A stretch of DNA of 64,000 nucleotides from Oscillospiraceae bacterium (GCA_051893615.1 JBJFHM010000034.1:76416-140415); one strand, 5' to 3'; shown: positions 1 through 10,253, counted from the stretch's first letter. Made by a program: numbers and translations. The notes: generated by a model from the letters alone, not told the origin.

Positions 1-249
1 TATGTGAAATTGGTAAACATTTAGTTACAAGTCAAGATACTTTTCAGAAAAATCTGTAACTATTTTGTAATCAATATGATACCTAAAATTAAAGATTTTT
101 ACGGTTAATTAATATTTAAGAGGAAATTTCCCAATAATCCCATAAAAGATTAGTGCAATATATACAAAAATCTTCTGAATTTAGGGACTTTTTTTGACTG
201 CGTCTAATCCTAAATATTACAAAACATTCACAATTTTGTCGCAATAGTA

Positions 250-258
250 TGATATAAT
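250..258 (+). promoter_or_regulatory. candidate extended -10 promoter (TGATATAAT) for the 365..1918 gene
   Basis: TGnTATAAT at 250-258, about 105 nt upstream of the ATG. There is no good -35 at 17 nt. Confidence 0.35.
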
Positions 259-266
259 ATTTATCG

Positions 267-295
267 TGATAGATTTGAGGGAGATTTTTCTATCA
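267..295 (+). promoter_or_regulatory. 5' UTR hairpin (TGATAGA ... TCTATCA)
   Basis: A 7-bp inverted repeat (267-273 / 289-295) flanks the loop TTTGAGGGAGATTTT, directly downstream of the candidate -10. Confidence 0.3.
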
Positions 296-364
296 TAGTA
301 ATATAATAAGAAATTTGAAAGTGCAAGGCATTTTCATGTCATTTGGAAAGGATTTGAATTAAAA

Positions 365-1918
365 ATGGGCAATATACTTAAAAGAGTGATATCATCTGCA
401 ATGGTATGTTTAATAGGTGTAACAGGTGCAAACCTTACTAATATAGATTTTCCTATCAATTCAATCAATGTTAGTGCTACTGATGACTATACTACTTGGC
501 GTCAAGGTGATAGTCGTTGGAGTTCAATGCGTCTAGGAACTAGTGGTTATACTATGTCAAATAGTGGTTGTGCTGTGACATCTTTGGCAAAGTTGATGGT
601 CATGTCTGGTTCAGTCACTGATAGCAGTTTTAATCCAGGAACACTATGTAGTTATTTCAATCAAAATGGTGGTTTTAGTAGTGCTGGTGATATATCTTGG
701 GGTGTTTCACATAGATACGCATCTTCTTTTACTTTTGAAGGCTATGATGACTTAGACTCCAATAGTAACTCTGGTAAAGCTAACGAAATAAAAGAACTCC
801 TAGATGAAGGCTATTACATCATACTAGGTGTTAAGAGTGGTGGTCACTGGGTTGCCGTGGATAAAGTAGAAGGCAATAACATATACGCTTATGACCCTGC
901 AAACGGTAAATATATCAACGTTTTTGACGCTTACTCCTCTTCTGGAATATATAAAATTCGTAAGTTTAGAGGTGCAAATAGTAAGCCATTGCCTCAAGAA
1001 GTAACTAATACTCAAGAAGAGATAGTTGAAGAACTTCCAAATATCACAGATGATAAGAAATCTGAAGATATTAAAAATACTAATGAAAGCTACTCCAAAG
1101 GATTATACAAGCTAACTTATGAACTTTGTCTAAGAACTGATGAATTCTCCAATGCTGACGTTATAGATATTATCCCTGTAAATACAGACCTAAACGTCTC
1201 TGACGTTGAGGGTAACTGGGGTTACGTATGTTACAATGGTAACATGGGTTGGATTAACTTAAACTATGCTAAAAAAATCCAAAACGGTTTTAACTATTCT
1301 ACTGGTATCTATACTAACGCTGAACCTCTAAACTATAGAGAAAGTAACTCTACTGATGCTGAAATCTATGGTGTTATCCCTGCAGATACTCAAATTAAAG
1401 TTACTCAAGTTAGAGACAATTGGGGCAAAACTACTTATGATGGCGAAACTGCTTGGATTTGTTTAGACTATGTATCTGCTGGATATAGTCAATTCTCTTC
1501 AGCTACTAACATAGCAATATCAAACTCTAGATATGAACTAGGTGTATACGAAGTTGAAGAAAATCTTAATCTAAGAAAGGAAGCTTCTACATCTTCCGAC
1601 AAGCTAGACTTAATCGATAGTGAAACTACTCTAAACGTTATCTCAATAGATGGAAATTGGGGTAAAGTAGTATATGATAATCAGGTGGGTTGGATTTGCT
1701 TAGACTATGCTAATCAAATTGATGACTTTAGCGAATATATCCCTTATGATATGAACGGTGACGGTCGTGTAAACATTGCAGACGTTTATTATATATCCGA
1801 TAAGTTAAAACATGATAGTGACTTCACTGCTAGAGAATTTCACCTAATAGATTTTGACGACAACGGCTCTATAGACTATGATGATTATACTACTTTCAAA
1901 ACTCTACTTCTTAGCTAA
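365..1918 (+). CDS. secreted papain-like (C39-like) cysteine peptidase with 3 SH3b repeats and a C-terminal dockerin
   Basis: N-terminal signal peptide. Cys/His/Asp order: QGDSRWS..SNSGCAVTSLAKL ... GGHWVAVDKV ... YAYDPANG. Three repeats contain (G/D)NWG....GW(I)(N/C)L(N/D)YA. The C-terminus has two Ca-loop segments, DMNGDGRVNIADV and DFDDNGSIDYDDY. Confidence 0.6.
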   Translation: MGNILKRVISSAMVCLIGVTGANLTNIDFPINSINVSATDDYTTWRQGDSRWSSMRLGTSGYTMSNSGCAVTSLAKLMVMSGSVTDSSFNPGTLCSYFNQNGGFSSAGDISWGVSHRYASSFTFEGYDDLDSNSNSGKANEIKELLDEGYYIILGVKSGGHWVAVDKVEGNNIYAYDPANGKYINVFDAYSSSGIYKIRKFRGANSKPLPQEVTNTQEEIVEELPNITDDKKSEDIKNTNESYSKGLYKLTYELCLRTDEFSNADVIDIIPVNTDLNVSDVEGNWGYVCYNGNMGWINLNYAKKIQNGFNYSTGIYTNAEPLNYRESNSTDAEIYGVIPADTQIKVTQVRDNWGKTTYDGETAWICLDYVSAGYSQFSSATNIAISNSRYELGVYEVEENLNLRKEASTSSDKLDLIDSETTLNVISIDGNWGKVVYDNQVGWICLDYANQIDDFSEYIPYDMNGDGRVNIADVYYISDKLKHDSDFTAREFHLIDFDDNGSIDYDDYTTFKTLLLS

Positions 1919-1946
1919 CTACTCCTTTAAATAAATAAAATACCCT

Positions 1947-1988
1947 GAACGGATTTTAACTTTAACGTTGAAATCCGTTCTTTATATG
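1947..1988 (+). terminator. intrinsic terminator after the 365..1918 gene
   Basis: GAACGGATTT / AAATCCGTTC stem followed by TTTATAT. Confidence 0.6.
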
Positions 1989-1993
1989 AATAG

Positions 1994-2030
1994 AAAAATC
2001 CCTTAGATTTTAAAATCTAAGGGATTTTTA
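1994..2030 (-). terminator. intrinsic terminator downstream of ilvD (usable in both directions)
   Basis: AAAAATCCCTTAGATTTT / AAAATCTAAGGGATTTTT is a perfect hairpin with A/T runs on both sides. Confidence 0.7.
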
Positions 2031-2051
2031 TTATCTATAGATTATAAAATG

Positions 2052-3710
2052 TTACTTATTAATAATCGCACCAGTTGAACCACTAGAAACGAGTTGAGCG
2101 TATCTCTTTAGATATCCACTAAGTTCTTTCTTTTTAGGGACGAAGTCTTTCATACGTCTGTCTATCTCTTCTTGAGGAACTTCAAGAGTAATAGTGTTGT
2201 TAGGGATATCAATGCTGATAACGTCACCATCTTGAACTATTCCAATAGGTCCACCTGCACTAGCTTCTGGGGATACGTGTCCAATACAAGCACCACGTGT
2301 AGCACCACTGAAACGACCATCTGTAATTAATGCAACGGAGCTACCTAATCCCATACCCATAATTGCAGAGGTTGGATTTAACATCTCACGCATACCAGGG
2401 CCACCCTTTGGACCTTCGTATCTAATAACTACTACGTTACCTGCTTTAATCTCTCCACCGTTGATAGCCTTTTGAGCATCTTCTTCACAGTCATAGACTT
2501 TAGCAGTACCTTTAAATACTAACATTTCGGGAGCTACAGCTGAACGTTTAACTACACACCTATCAGGAGCAAGATTTCCCTTTAATACTGCAATACCACC
2601 AGTTTCACTATATGGATTTTCAATAGGTCTAATGACTTCAGGATTAGTATTGATACAACCCTTAATATTTTCACCCATAGTCTTACCTGTGCAAGTCATA
2701 ACGTTAAGATGTAGTAAATCTTTCTTTGCCAATTCGTTCATAACTGCGTATACTCCACCAGCCTCATTAAGTTCCTCAATGTAGGTTCTACCAGCAGGGG
2801 CTAGATGACATAGGTTTGGAGTTTTAGCACTAATCTCATTAGCAATATCAAGGTTGATATCAATACCACATTCATGAGCGATGGCAGGTAAGTGCAACAT
2901 ACTATTAGTTGAACAACCTAGAGCCATATCCACAGTTAGAGCGTTCATGAAAGCATCTTCTGTCATGATGTCTCTAGGACGAATATCTTTTCTAATTAAT
3001 TCCATGATTTGCATACCAACATGTTTAGCAAGTTCAATCCTTTCGGAGTATACTGCAGGGATAGTACCATTACCTTTCAATCCCATACCAAGGACTTCAG
3101 TCAAACAGTTCATAGAGTTTGCTGTATACATTCCAGAACATGAACCACAAGTTGGACAAGTCTTTCTTTCATACTCTTCAAGTTTTTCAAGAGTAATCTT
3201 ACCTGAATTATACTCTCCTACTGCTTCAGAGATGCTTGAAAAACTAGTCTTATGACCATCTACATGACCTGCCAACATAGGGCCACCACTCACAAATATA
3301 GTAGGGATATTCAATCTAGCAGCAGCCATTAACAAGCCTGGAACGTTCTTATCACAGTTAGGTATCATAACGAGGGCATCGAAACCATGGGCAAGTGTCA
3401 TAGCCTCGGTACTATCGGCGATTAAATCCCTAGTAACTAGAGAATACTTCATACCCTTGTGTCCCATAGCTATGCCATCACATACGGCGATTGCAGGGAA
3501 TACTCTAGGAGTACCACCAGCCATAGCAACACCAAGTTTAACAGCCTCAACGATTTTATCTATATTCATATGTCCAGGTACGATTTCATTGTATGAACTT
3601 ACGATACCTACTATTGGACGAGAAATCTCTTCATTAGTCATTCCAAGTGCATGGTATAACGCTCTATGTGGAGCATTATTAGTACCATTTTTTAAGTTAT
3701 CACTAACCAT
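2052..3710 (-). CDS. ilvD: dihydroxy-acid dehydratase
   Basis: 552 aa. Family motifs: [34 protein letters not shown]. Confidence 0.95.
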   Translation of the reverse strand: MVSDNLKNGTNNAPHRALYHALGMTNEEISRPIVGIVSSYNEIVPGHMNIDKIVEAVKLGVAMAGGTPRVFPAIAVCDGIAMGHKGMKYSLVTRDLIADSTEAMTLAHGFDALVMIPNCDKNVPGLLMAAARLNIPTIFVSGGPMLAGHVDGHKTSFSSISEAVGEYNSGKITLEKLEEYERKTCPTCGSCSGMYTANSMNCLTEVLGMGLKGNGTIPAVYSERIELAKHVGMQIMELIRKDIRPRDIMTEDAFMNALTVDMALGCSTNSMLHLPAIAHECGIDINLDIANEISAKTPNLCHLAPAGRTYIEELNEAGGVYAVMNELAKKDLLHLNVMTCTGKTMGENIKGCINTNPEVIRPIENPYSETGGIAVLKGNLAPDRCVVKRSAVAPEMLVFKGTAKVYDCEEDAQKAINGGEIKAGNVVVIRYEGPKGGPGMREMLNPTSAIMGMGLGSSVALITDGRFSGATRGACIGHVSPEASAGGPIGIVQDGDVISIDIPNNTITLEVPQEEIDRRMKDFVPKKKELSGYLKRYAQLVSSGSTGAIINK

Positions 3711-3801
3711 TTAAAACAAATCCTTTCTATTTTATTTTATAAGATATATCAAACGCTCATTAATATATGAGCGTTGTAATATATTAAATATTAATTACCA
3801 A

Positions 3802-4761
3802 TTAACCATTAGCACGACCCAAGAACGCTGCACCTATGATACCTGCATCGTTACCAAGTTTTGCAATTACTATTTCAGTATTCTTAGGTGAATTTCTAGT
3901 ATATACTTCCTTAGATACTAACTCCTTAACTGGTAATAAAAGAGCATCACCTTCATTACATACTCCCCCACCGATACATAGTACTTCAGGTTGGAAAGTA
4001 TTAATGACATTAGTCAATCCAGCAGATAAGTACTTAACGAACTTGTCAACTACCTCAGTAGCAGACTTATCACCCATACGCATAGCATCATAGGAAATTC
4101 TAGCAGATACTTTGTTATTTCTTTCACGAACTAAATCCCACATGGAGCTATTCTTATCTTTTTCCATAGCCTCTTTAGTCATACGGATTAATCCAGTAGC
4201 AGATGCATACGCCTCAAAGCAACCTTTACGACCACATGAACATTGAACGCCATCAACTTTGATGACTGTATGACCTAACTCAGCACCTGCATAGTTAAAT
4301 CCAGTTAAGATTTTGCCATCAGTAACGACGCCACCACCTACGCCAGTTCCTAATGTGATACACACTAAACTATTATGACCTTTTCCAGCACCTGCAACAT
4401 ATTCACCATAAGCAGCAGCATTGGCATCATTTTCAACATAAACTGGCTTATTGATGTGTTCTTGAATGTACTTAACTATAGGAACATTTTCAAATTCAAG
4501 ATTGTTAGAATACTCTATGATACCTTCTTTACTATTGGCAATACCTGGAGTACCTATACCAATCCATTCAACGTCATCTACAGATAAGTTGGCATCTTTG
4601 ATAGCTTGTAAAGACATCTTAGCCATATCGTCGGCGATTGCTTTAGCTGGTCTAGGACGATTGGTCTTAGTACTAGCTTTAGTGATAATGTTGTAGTTTT
4701 CATCTACGACACCTGCAACGATATTAGTACCACCTAAATCTATACCTACATAATACTTCAT
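3802..4761 (-). CDS. glcK: ROK-family glucokinase
   Basis: GIDLGGTN ATP-binding N-terminus and the ROK Zn motif GHTVIKVDGVQCSCGRKGCFEAY. Confidence 0.85.
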   Translation of the reverse strand: MKYYVGIDLGGTNIVAGVVDENYNIITKASTKTNRPRPAKAIADDMAKMSLQAIKDANLSVDDVEWIGIGTPGIANSKEGIIEYSNNLEFENVPIVKYIQEHINKPVYVENDANAAAYGEYVAGAGKGHNSLVCITLGTGVGGGVVTDGKILTGFNYAGAELGHTVIKVDGVQCSCGRKGCFEAYASATGLIRMTKEAMEKDKNSSMWDLVRERNNKVSARISYDAMRMGDKSATEVVDKFVKYLSAGLTNVINTFQPEVLCIGGGVCNEGDALLLPVKELVSKEVYTRNSPKNTEIVIAKLGNDAGIIGAAFLGRANG

Positions 4762-4811
4762 AAGTTTTTACCTACTTTCAGTTAATTTTTTATCGTTTTT
4801 AAGATAGTTTA

Positions 4812-4840
4812 ATTTTATCATAAAATTGGCTAAAAGTCAA
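4812..4840 (-). promoter_or_regulatory. sigma-A type promoter for glcK
   Basis: On the minus strand: TTGACT, 17 nt, TAAAAT. Confidence 0.5.
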
Positions 4841-4891
4841 TGATATTGCCCCTTATTAGAGAAAATATTTATTAACATTATCAACTATCAA

Positions 4892-6112
4892 TTACTTAAC
4901 CACCACTCTATGATAAACTTTCTTACCCTTTTTAATGATAATTCCATCACCTATGGATATTTGTGCTTTAGGGTCAGTAGCTTTGATATCGTCTATTGAA
5001 ATACCGTTTTGAATTACTAAACGTCTAGCCTCGCCATTAGATGACGCTAATCCACACTTAACTAGAAGATTTAATATTCCAATAGTACCATTAGTCAAAT
5101 CTTCGGAAGATAGTTCTGTAGTAGGCATATTATCATCGATACCATTGCCTCCAAATAGACTTTTAGCAGTTTGTAGAGCTTTTTGAGCTTCATCTTCACC
5201 ATGAACCATCTTAGTGACTTCAAATGCCAAGATTTCTTTAGCTTTGTTTAAATCTGCACCAGTCATAGTGCGTTCCATTTCCTCGATTTCCTCTATAGGA
5301 ATAAATGTCAAGAGTTTTAAACAGTTGATAACATCATCATCAGATACATTTCTCCAATATTGGAAGAAATCATTTACAGAGCATTTTTCTTTATCGAGCC
5401 ATAAAGCACCTTTTTCAGTTTTGCCCATCTTTTTGCCTTCTTTGGTGGTTAGAAGAGTGAAAGTCATAGCATAGGCAGATTTTTCCTCAACTCTACGGAT
5501 TAAATCCACACCACCAAGCATATTACTCCATTGGTCATTACCACCAAGTTCTAATTTAACTCCATGATTTCTATATAAATGCAAGAAATCATAACTTTGC
5601 ATTAACATATAGTTAAATTCTAGGAATGATAGTCCCTTACCCTCTAAACGTGATTTAAAACATTCAGCAGTAAGCATTTGATTTACTGAGAATTTACTTC
5701 CAATCTCTCTTAAAAAGTTGATATAGTTCATATCTAAGAACCAATCGCCATTGCGTAAGATTTCAGCCTTACCATCAGAAAAATCGATAAATCTTTCCAT
5801 CTGTTTTTTAAAGCACTCGGCATTATGATTGATTTCATCAACAGTAAGCATCTTTCTCATATCAGTTTTACCAGTAGGGTCGCCAATCATGGTGGTAGCA
5901 GTTCCTAGAAGTGCGATAGGTTTGTGACCAGCCATCTGCATACGTTTCATAACTACTAGTTGTAGGAAGTGTCCAACGTGTAGACTATCAGCTGTAGCAT
6001 CGAAACCGATGTAAAAAGATACCTTTTCATTGTTTAAGAGTTCTTCAATCTCTTTTTCATGTGTCATTTGGGCGATTAAACCACGTCTTTTAAGTTCTTT
6101 AAATAAAGTCAT
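4892..6112 (-). CDS. tyrS: tyrosine--tRNA ligase
   Basis: HIGH-type motif [13 protein letters not shown] (KMSKS-like) and a C-terminal S4-like domain. Start refined to ATG 6110-6112 (MTLFKEL) with RBS AAGAAAGGA. The ORF-track extension to 6217 runs through the T-box terminator. Confidence 0.93.
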   Translation of the reverse strand: MTLFKELKRRGLIAQMTHEKEIEELLNNEKVSFYIGFDATADSLHVGHFLQLVVMKRMQMAGHKPIALLGTATTMIGDPTGKTDMRKMLTVDEINHNAECFKKQMERFIDFSDGKAEILRNGDWFLDMNYINFLREIGSKFSVNQMLTAECFKSRLEGKGLSFLEFNYMLMQSYDFLHLYRNHGVKLELGGNDQWSNMLGGVDLIRRVEEKSAYAMTFTLLTTKEGKKMGKTEKGALWLDKEKCSVNDFFQYWRNVSDDDVINCLKLLTFIPIEEIEEMERTMTGADLNKAKEILAFEVTKMVHGEDEAQKALQTAKSLFGGNGIDDNMPTTELSSEDLTNGTIGILNLLVKCGLASSNGEARRLVIQNGISIDDIKATDPKAQISIGDGIIIKKGKKVYHRVVVK

Positions 6113-6410
6113 GATTAAAAATCCTTTCTTGATATAAAATAAAAAAAGTCCTACAAAAATGATTAAAATCATTCTTGAGGACGACAATTCTAAAAAATCA
6201 CCGTGATACCACCTCAATTTATCTGTTGATAATAACAGACCTCATTGGAATGCTATAACGTGCATTACTCGGATAATCCCTACACGGTTAAAACTTTCAG
6301 GATATCGGCTCATAAGGGTACTTCGCCATAAATTTGATACCTTTTCACACCAAAACAAAGGCTCTCTGTAATCCAAGACTTTATGACTACTAAAACTTAA
6401 TCATTGCCAT
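6113..6410 (-). promoter_or_regulatory. T-box riboswitch leader (tRNA-Tyr sensing) of tyrS
   Basis: T-box sequence AAATTGAGGTGGTATCACGG (plus 6201-6220) lies directly 5' of a terminator hairpin. AGAGAG occurs near the 5' end (stem I GA motif). Tyr codons UAC (6318-6320) and UAU (6312-6314) sit in the expected specifier region. Confidence 0.85.
6141..6182 (-). terminator. T-box attenuator terminator
   Basis: Minus strand: GTCCTCAAGAATGATT TT AATCATTTTTGTAGGAC followed by TTTTTTT. Confidence 0.85.
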
Positions 6411-6417
6411 TGTGTAG

Positions 6418-6446
6418 ATTATATCACATTGATGATAAAAAGTCAA
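6418..6446 (-). promoter_or_regulatory. consensus sigma-A promoter for the tyrS leader
   Basis: Minus strand: TTGACT, 17 nt, TATAAT. Confidence 0.7.
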
Positions 6447-6451
6447 TAGTC

Positions 6452-6482
6452 AAAAATAGGCGATTGTTAAAACAATCGCCTA
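6452..6482 (-). terminator. intrinsic terminator of the sugar ABC operon
   Basis: Minus strand: AGGCGATTGTTTTAACAATCGCCT followed by ATTTTTG. Confidence 0.75.
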
Positions 6483-6513
6483 GATTATAGTTTTCAATTT
6501 TGCATAAGGAAGA

Positions 6514-7371
6514 TTATTCCTTAACACCACCAGCAGCAACACCCTCAACGATGAACTTAGATAGCAAAATATATACTATGATAAGTGGTAACATCGCAAC
6601 GAATACACCTGCGTATACTTGACCGTAGTCAGTACGGAAAGTATCGGATTTCATTTGGGCAATTTGAATAGGTAGAGTGTACTTAGTCTTTTCAGTAAGT
6701 ACGATAGATGGAGTAAAGAAGTTATTCCATGCAGTGATGAAGGCAAATATACCTTGTGTAGCAATAGCAGGAGTCATGATTGGTAATGAAATAGTAAAGA
6801 AAGTTCTAAATTCGTTACAACCATCTATACGGGCTGCCTCTACTAGCGATATTGATAACGCACCCTTCATATACTGACGCATATAGAATGCGATTGGAGG
6901 TGCTGCAATAGCTGGAAGTATAATAGCAGCAAAGCTATTTAATATTCCTAAGTTAGAACATAACTTATAGAAACCTATAATAGATACTTGTTGTGGTATC
7001 ATCATGATTGCCATAATAAATGTAAATGCAGCATCTCTTAACTTAAATTGATATACTGTAAGTCCATACGCTGTCGCAGTAGCGAAAAGCAATGAACAAG
7101 CTGTAACCATAGTTGATACAAATAAACTGTTTTTAAAACCTAACATGATATCTAAGTCAGGTCTTGCAAGAACTGCTTTAACGTTCTTTATAAGTTCGCC
7201 ACCTGGGATAAGTGATAAACCACTCTGGATTTCTGCACTTGTACGGCTGGCATTTACAAAGGTTAGCCAGAATGGAAGCAAACTAATGATAGAAAGTAAG
7301 ACACAGATTACAAAGATTACTATCTTTTTAACCTTACCTTGTCCGGGTTTTTGTCCTGCACTAGTACTCAT
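6514..7371 (-). CDS. carbohydrate ABC transporter permease (MalG-like)
   Basis: Multi-TM protein with the EAA-loop region VEAARIDGCNEFRTFFTISLP. It overlaps the upstream permease by 4 nt. Confidence 0.9.
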   Translation of the reverse strand: MSTSAGQKPGQGKVKKIVIFVICVLLSIISLLPFWLTFVNASRTSAEIQSGLSLIPGGELIKNVKAVLARPDLDIMLGFKNSLFVSTMVTACSLLFATATAYGLTVYQFKLRDAAFTFIMAIMMIPQQVSIIGFYKLCSNLGILNSFAAIILPAIAAPPIAFYMRQYMKGALSISLVEAARIDGCNEFRTFFTISLPIMTPAIATQGIFAFITAWNNFFTPSIVLTEKTKYTLPIQIAQMKSDTFRTDYGQVYAGVFVAMLPLIIVYILLSKFIVEGVAAGGVKE

Positions 7372-8405
7372 ATATTAAGACCTCCACTAACTGATTTTCC
7401 TTGTTTAGCTAACTTACGTTGTTGCTTGATATACTTCTTCTTAGCAACTTCGTCTTCATCTCTTAAAATGTAGAATACTATAGCACTCAAGATAGCAGTT
7501 GCTATGAACAACATGGCAGCAGCAGCACCTGCTTTACCATAGTCTTGTGTACCACCACCAAAGACTTTATCAGTGATGTACATTGTAACGGTTTGAGCTG
7601 TGTAGTTTGGTGCACCCTTTTGGTCTGAACTTAATAGTTTTGGTACATCATAAAGTTGTAGACCACCGATGATAGAAGTAATCAAAGTATATACCATGAT
7701 TGGTTGAATACATGGAATAGTAATTTTGAAGAAAGTTTGGCTACTGGTACAACCGTCAATTTCGGAAGCCTCAAATAAGGATTCATTGATACCTAAAATA
7801 CCAGAAATTAAAGAAACCATAGTGTTACCATACCACATCCAAGTTTGGATAAAGGAAACAAGACCTCTTGTCCAACCTGTACTTCTTAAGAAGTCGTATG
7901 GAGTATCGATAACGCCTAACTGTTTCATTAAAAATACGTTTACTATACCAGTCTTATCGAATAGAGAAGTAAATAAGATTGCTATAGAAGATGCAGTTAA
8001 TACGTTAGGTAAGAAGATTAAAATCTTGAATATACCTTGTCCAGGTACTCTTAATCTCTTATCTGTGAACCATGCTGCACACAATAGAGATAAACTAATC
8101 TGTGGAATAAAGTTACAACCCCACATAATGATGGTATTCTTAAACGCATTTAAGATACCACTTGGTTCACTAGCGTTTTTGAAAACGTCAGCGAAGTTTT
8201 TCAAACCTACAAAGTTTGGACCTACTGTCTCAAACTGGAAAGTTACCAAATTTTGACCCATATAATACTCTTGAACGGAGTAGTACAAAGTCAAAAGCAA
8301 TGGATAGAGTTGAAAAATAAAGAAACCAATGAAAAAAGGAAAAATAAATATGTAGCCATATTTGGCATAGCTTACGCTTTTTAATTTAGAATTTGCGCCT
8401 GCCAT
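7368..8405 (-). CDS. carbohydrate ABC transporter permease (MalF-like)
   Basis: Multi-TM protein with EAA loop EASEIDGCTSSQTFFKITIP. RBS AAGGAG lies upstream of the ATG. Confidence 0.9.
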   Translation of the reverse strand: MAGANSKLKSVSYAKYGYIFIFPFFIGFFIFQLYPLLLTLYYSVQEYYMGQNLVTFQFETVGPNFVGLKNFADVFKNASEPSGILNAFKNTIIMWGCNFIPQISLSLLCAAWFTDKRLRVPGQGIFKILIFLPNVLTASSIAILFTSLFDKTGIVNVFLMKQLGVIDTPYDFLRSTGWTRGLVSFIQTWMWYGNTMVSLISGILGINESLFEASEIDGCTSSQTFFKITIPCIQPIMVYTLITSIIGGLQLYDVPKLLSSDQKGAPNYTAQTVTMYITDKVFGGGTQDYGKAGAAAAMLFIATAILSAIVFYILRDEDEVAKKKYIKQQRKLAKQGKSVSGGLNI

Positions 8406-8461
8406 TTAAAAATTCACACTCCTTATTAAGTTGAAATAAAGTAAAGCATATATACCATCAA

Positions 8462-8491
8462 CAGGGGGCAAGGTTGATTTCCTGCCCCCTG
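8462..8491 (-). other. GC-rich intercistronic stem-loop between the binding-protein and permease genes
   Basis: CAGGGGGCA ... TGCCCCCTG forms a 9-bp stem with no strong U-run. This position is typical of partial terminators or stabilisers in ABC operons. Confidence 0.5.
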
Positions 8492-8542
8492 CGATAATAA
8501 ACTAATTTAAAACACTATATTAACGTATAACTAAAACTTAGA

Positions 8543-10153
8543 TTATTCAACTGTAATACCAGCGATTTGGTCCTTAACAGCACCCTTGAAAGATTTAATA
8601 GCATCTTCCTTAGAAGTACCATTGTAACAGTAGGAGTTTACAGCTTCAATAAATGCGTTATTGATAGTTTGGTCGTAACCAGTCATAGTACTAACATCGA
8701 TGTTCTTAACCTGTTCTTGGAATAGAGAGTAATGGTCTTGACCACCTAAGAAGTCAAATGAATAACCACTAGCAATGATGTTAGAAATAGCTTCATCGTT
8801 GTTGCAGTAGTCAGAAGAGTTCTTAGCATACCATTCCATAGACTCAGTATTTACAGTAAAGAACTCGATAATGCTCTTAGCAATATCAGCGTTGTTACAA
8901 GTTGGAGGTACAACTATCCAAGTACCACCCCAGTAGTAAGCAGAAGGACCTTCAATAGCCTTCCAGTCACCATAAGATGAACCTTCAGCACCCTTTTCAC
9001 CACCACAGTTAGCAACCATAGTCCATTGGATACCCCAAGTTGAGAAGAATGCACCCATAGTCTTAGCAGAAGCATCAGAAACGCTATCAGAGATACAACT
9101 GTTCCAACCGTTAGTCCATTGGTTTACACCGACAGTTAAATCTTGACCATCACTATTAGTTAGTTGGTAAGCGATATCCATGAAGTGGTCAATTTCATCA
9201 GTAACTGCTAGACTAGTACCATCAATCCAAGAAGTAGTACGGTTAGTTCTAAATACTTGCCATACGTCTTGTACACCTTGAATTAACTTAACTGCACCGT
9301 TAGAAGCAGTATTTACTTCCTTAGCAGTAGCGATAAAAGTATCCCAGTCCTTAACTTTTTCTTGCATAGCAGCTTCATCAGCAACACCTAGAAGTTCTTG
9401 AGCTAGAGAAGGTCTGTATAGGAATAGTCCAGGAGCAGCTTGCCAAGAAGAACCCTTGATAGAGCTGTCCATCTTAGAAGTACCTACTTGCTTAGTATAT
9501 TCGTATTGCTTATCGAAAGCAGAATCACCAAGACCTACTGCAGAAAGTGGAGTAGTTGCATTATCGTTGTTGATGTACTTTAGAGCATAGTCAGCTTCTG
9601 CAAGGAACATATCACCAAGGTCACCATTAGAAGAAAGGATTTGGTCTAGGTTAGTTTGGTAAGCACCACCATCAGAAGGCTTGATTAAGTAATCAGTTTG
9701 GATAGCACAAGTAACACCGTTAGAGAAAGTGATAGTGTCAGAAGCTTCATCATACTTAGCACCAGTTTGAACAGGGCCACCGTTGTCATAACCGAACTCA
9801 CCATTATCACAGTAGTAATTCTTTAACATACCGATAAATTCATCGTTCCAAGAGTTGATAACGAAGTTAGCACCATCGGAAGGTAGAGTAGCTTCTACAT
9901 TGTAATCAGTACTAGAACTGTCACCACTAGTATCAGTGTCGCTATCACTATCACTAGATGAGTCGCTATCAGCATCAGTTGAAGTATCATCATCACTAGA
10001 ACTGCTATCATCAGCACTGTCGTTAGCAGCAGTAGTGGTATTGTTGCTAGTGTTGTTGGAACTACTGTCATCTCCACCGCCACAGCCTACCATAGATGTT
10101 GCTGTCATAGCTAAAACTGCTATAAGAGCAATAGTTTTCTTTAAACTCTTCAT
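8543..10153 (-). CDS. extracellular solute-binding lipoprotein of the ABC importer
   Basis: Signal peptide with lipobox (SMVGCGG), followed by a ~60-aa Ser/Asp/Thr low-complexity linker and a large binding domain. Operon context with two permeases. Confidence 0.8.
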   Translation of the reverse strand: MKSLKKTIALIAVLAMTATSMVGCGGGDDSSSNNTSNNTTTAANDSADDSSSSDDDTSTDADSDSSSDSDSDTDTSGDSSSTDYNVEATLPSDGANFVINSWNDEFIGMLKNYYCDNGEFGYDNGGPVQTGAKYDEASDTITFSNGVTCAIQTDYLIKPSDGGAYQTNLDQILSSNGDLGDMFLAEADYALKYINNDNATTPLSAVGLGDSAFDKQYEYTKQVGTSKMDSSIKGSSWQAAPGLFLYRPSLAQELLGVADEAAMQEKVKDWDTFIATAKEVNTASNGAVKLIQGVQDVWQVFRTNRTTSWIDGTSLAVTDEIDHFMDIAYQLTNSDGQDLTVGVNQWTNGWNSCISDSVSDASAKTMGAFFSTWGIQWTMVANCGGEKGAEGSSYGDWKAIEGPSAYYWGGTWIVVPPTCNNADIAKSIIEFFTVNTESMEWYAKNSSDYCNNDEAISNIIASGYSFDFLGGQDHYSLFQEQVKNIDVSTMTGYDQTINNAFIEAVNSYCYNGTSKEDAIKSFKGAVKDQIAGITVE

Positions 10154-10253
10154 TTGAAAATTTCCTCCTTAATAATTAAATAATATTATACTAATAGAAT
10201 ATAATATAATTATTAACCAAACTTTAATATAGCCATATAATGGCTAAAAATTT

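Noticed and set aside
122-131. A perfect 10-bp palindrome GGAAATTTCC in the upstream non-coding region.
   Set aside because: It is short and AT-rich, and such palindromes are expected by chance at this base composition. It is not positioned relative to any promoter I can define.
6113-6217. The N-terminal 35-codon extension of the tyrS ORF ([13 protein letters not shown]...).
   Set aside because: It starts at a TTG inside the T-box sequence and translates the attenuator terminator. A proper RBS and ATG exist at 6112, and the canonical TyrS N-terminus starts there.
8462-8491. A GC-rich hairpin, considered as a possible fragment of a tRNA or structured ncRNA.
   Set aside because: It is a single simple stem-loop with no cloverleaf arms or flanking conserved boxes. 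Its position between the binding-protein and permease genes fits an ordinary intercistronic attenuator or stabiliser.
9895-10157. Two small ORFs (62 and 73 aa) and apparent tandem repeats in the 5' part of the binding-protein gene.
   Set aside because: They are artefacts of the Ser/Asp/Thr low-complexity linker coding sequence. This is not a CRISPR array or a non-coding repeat array.
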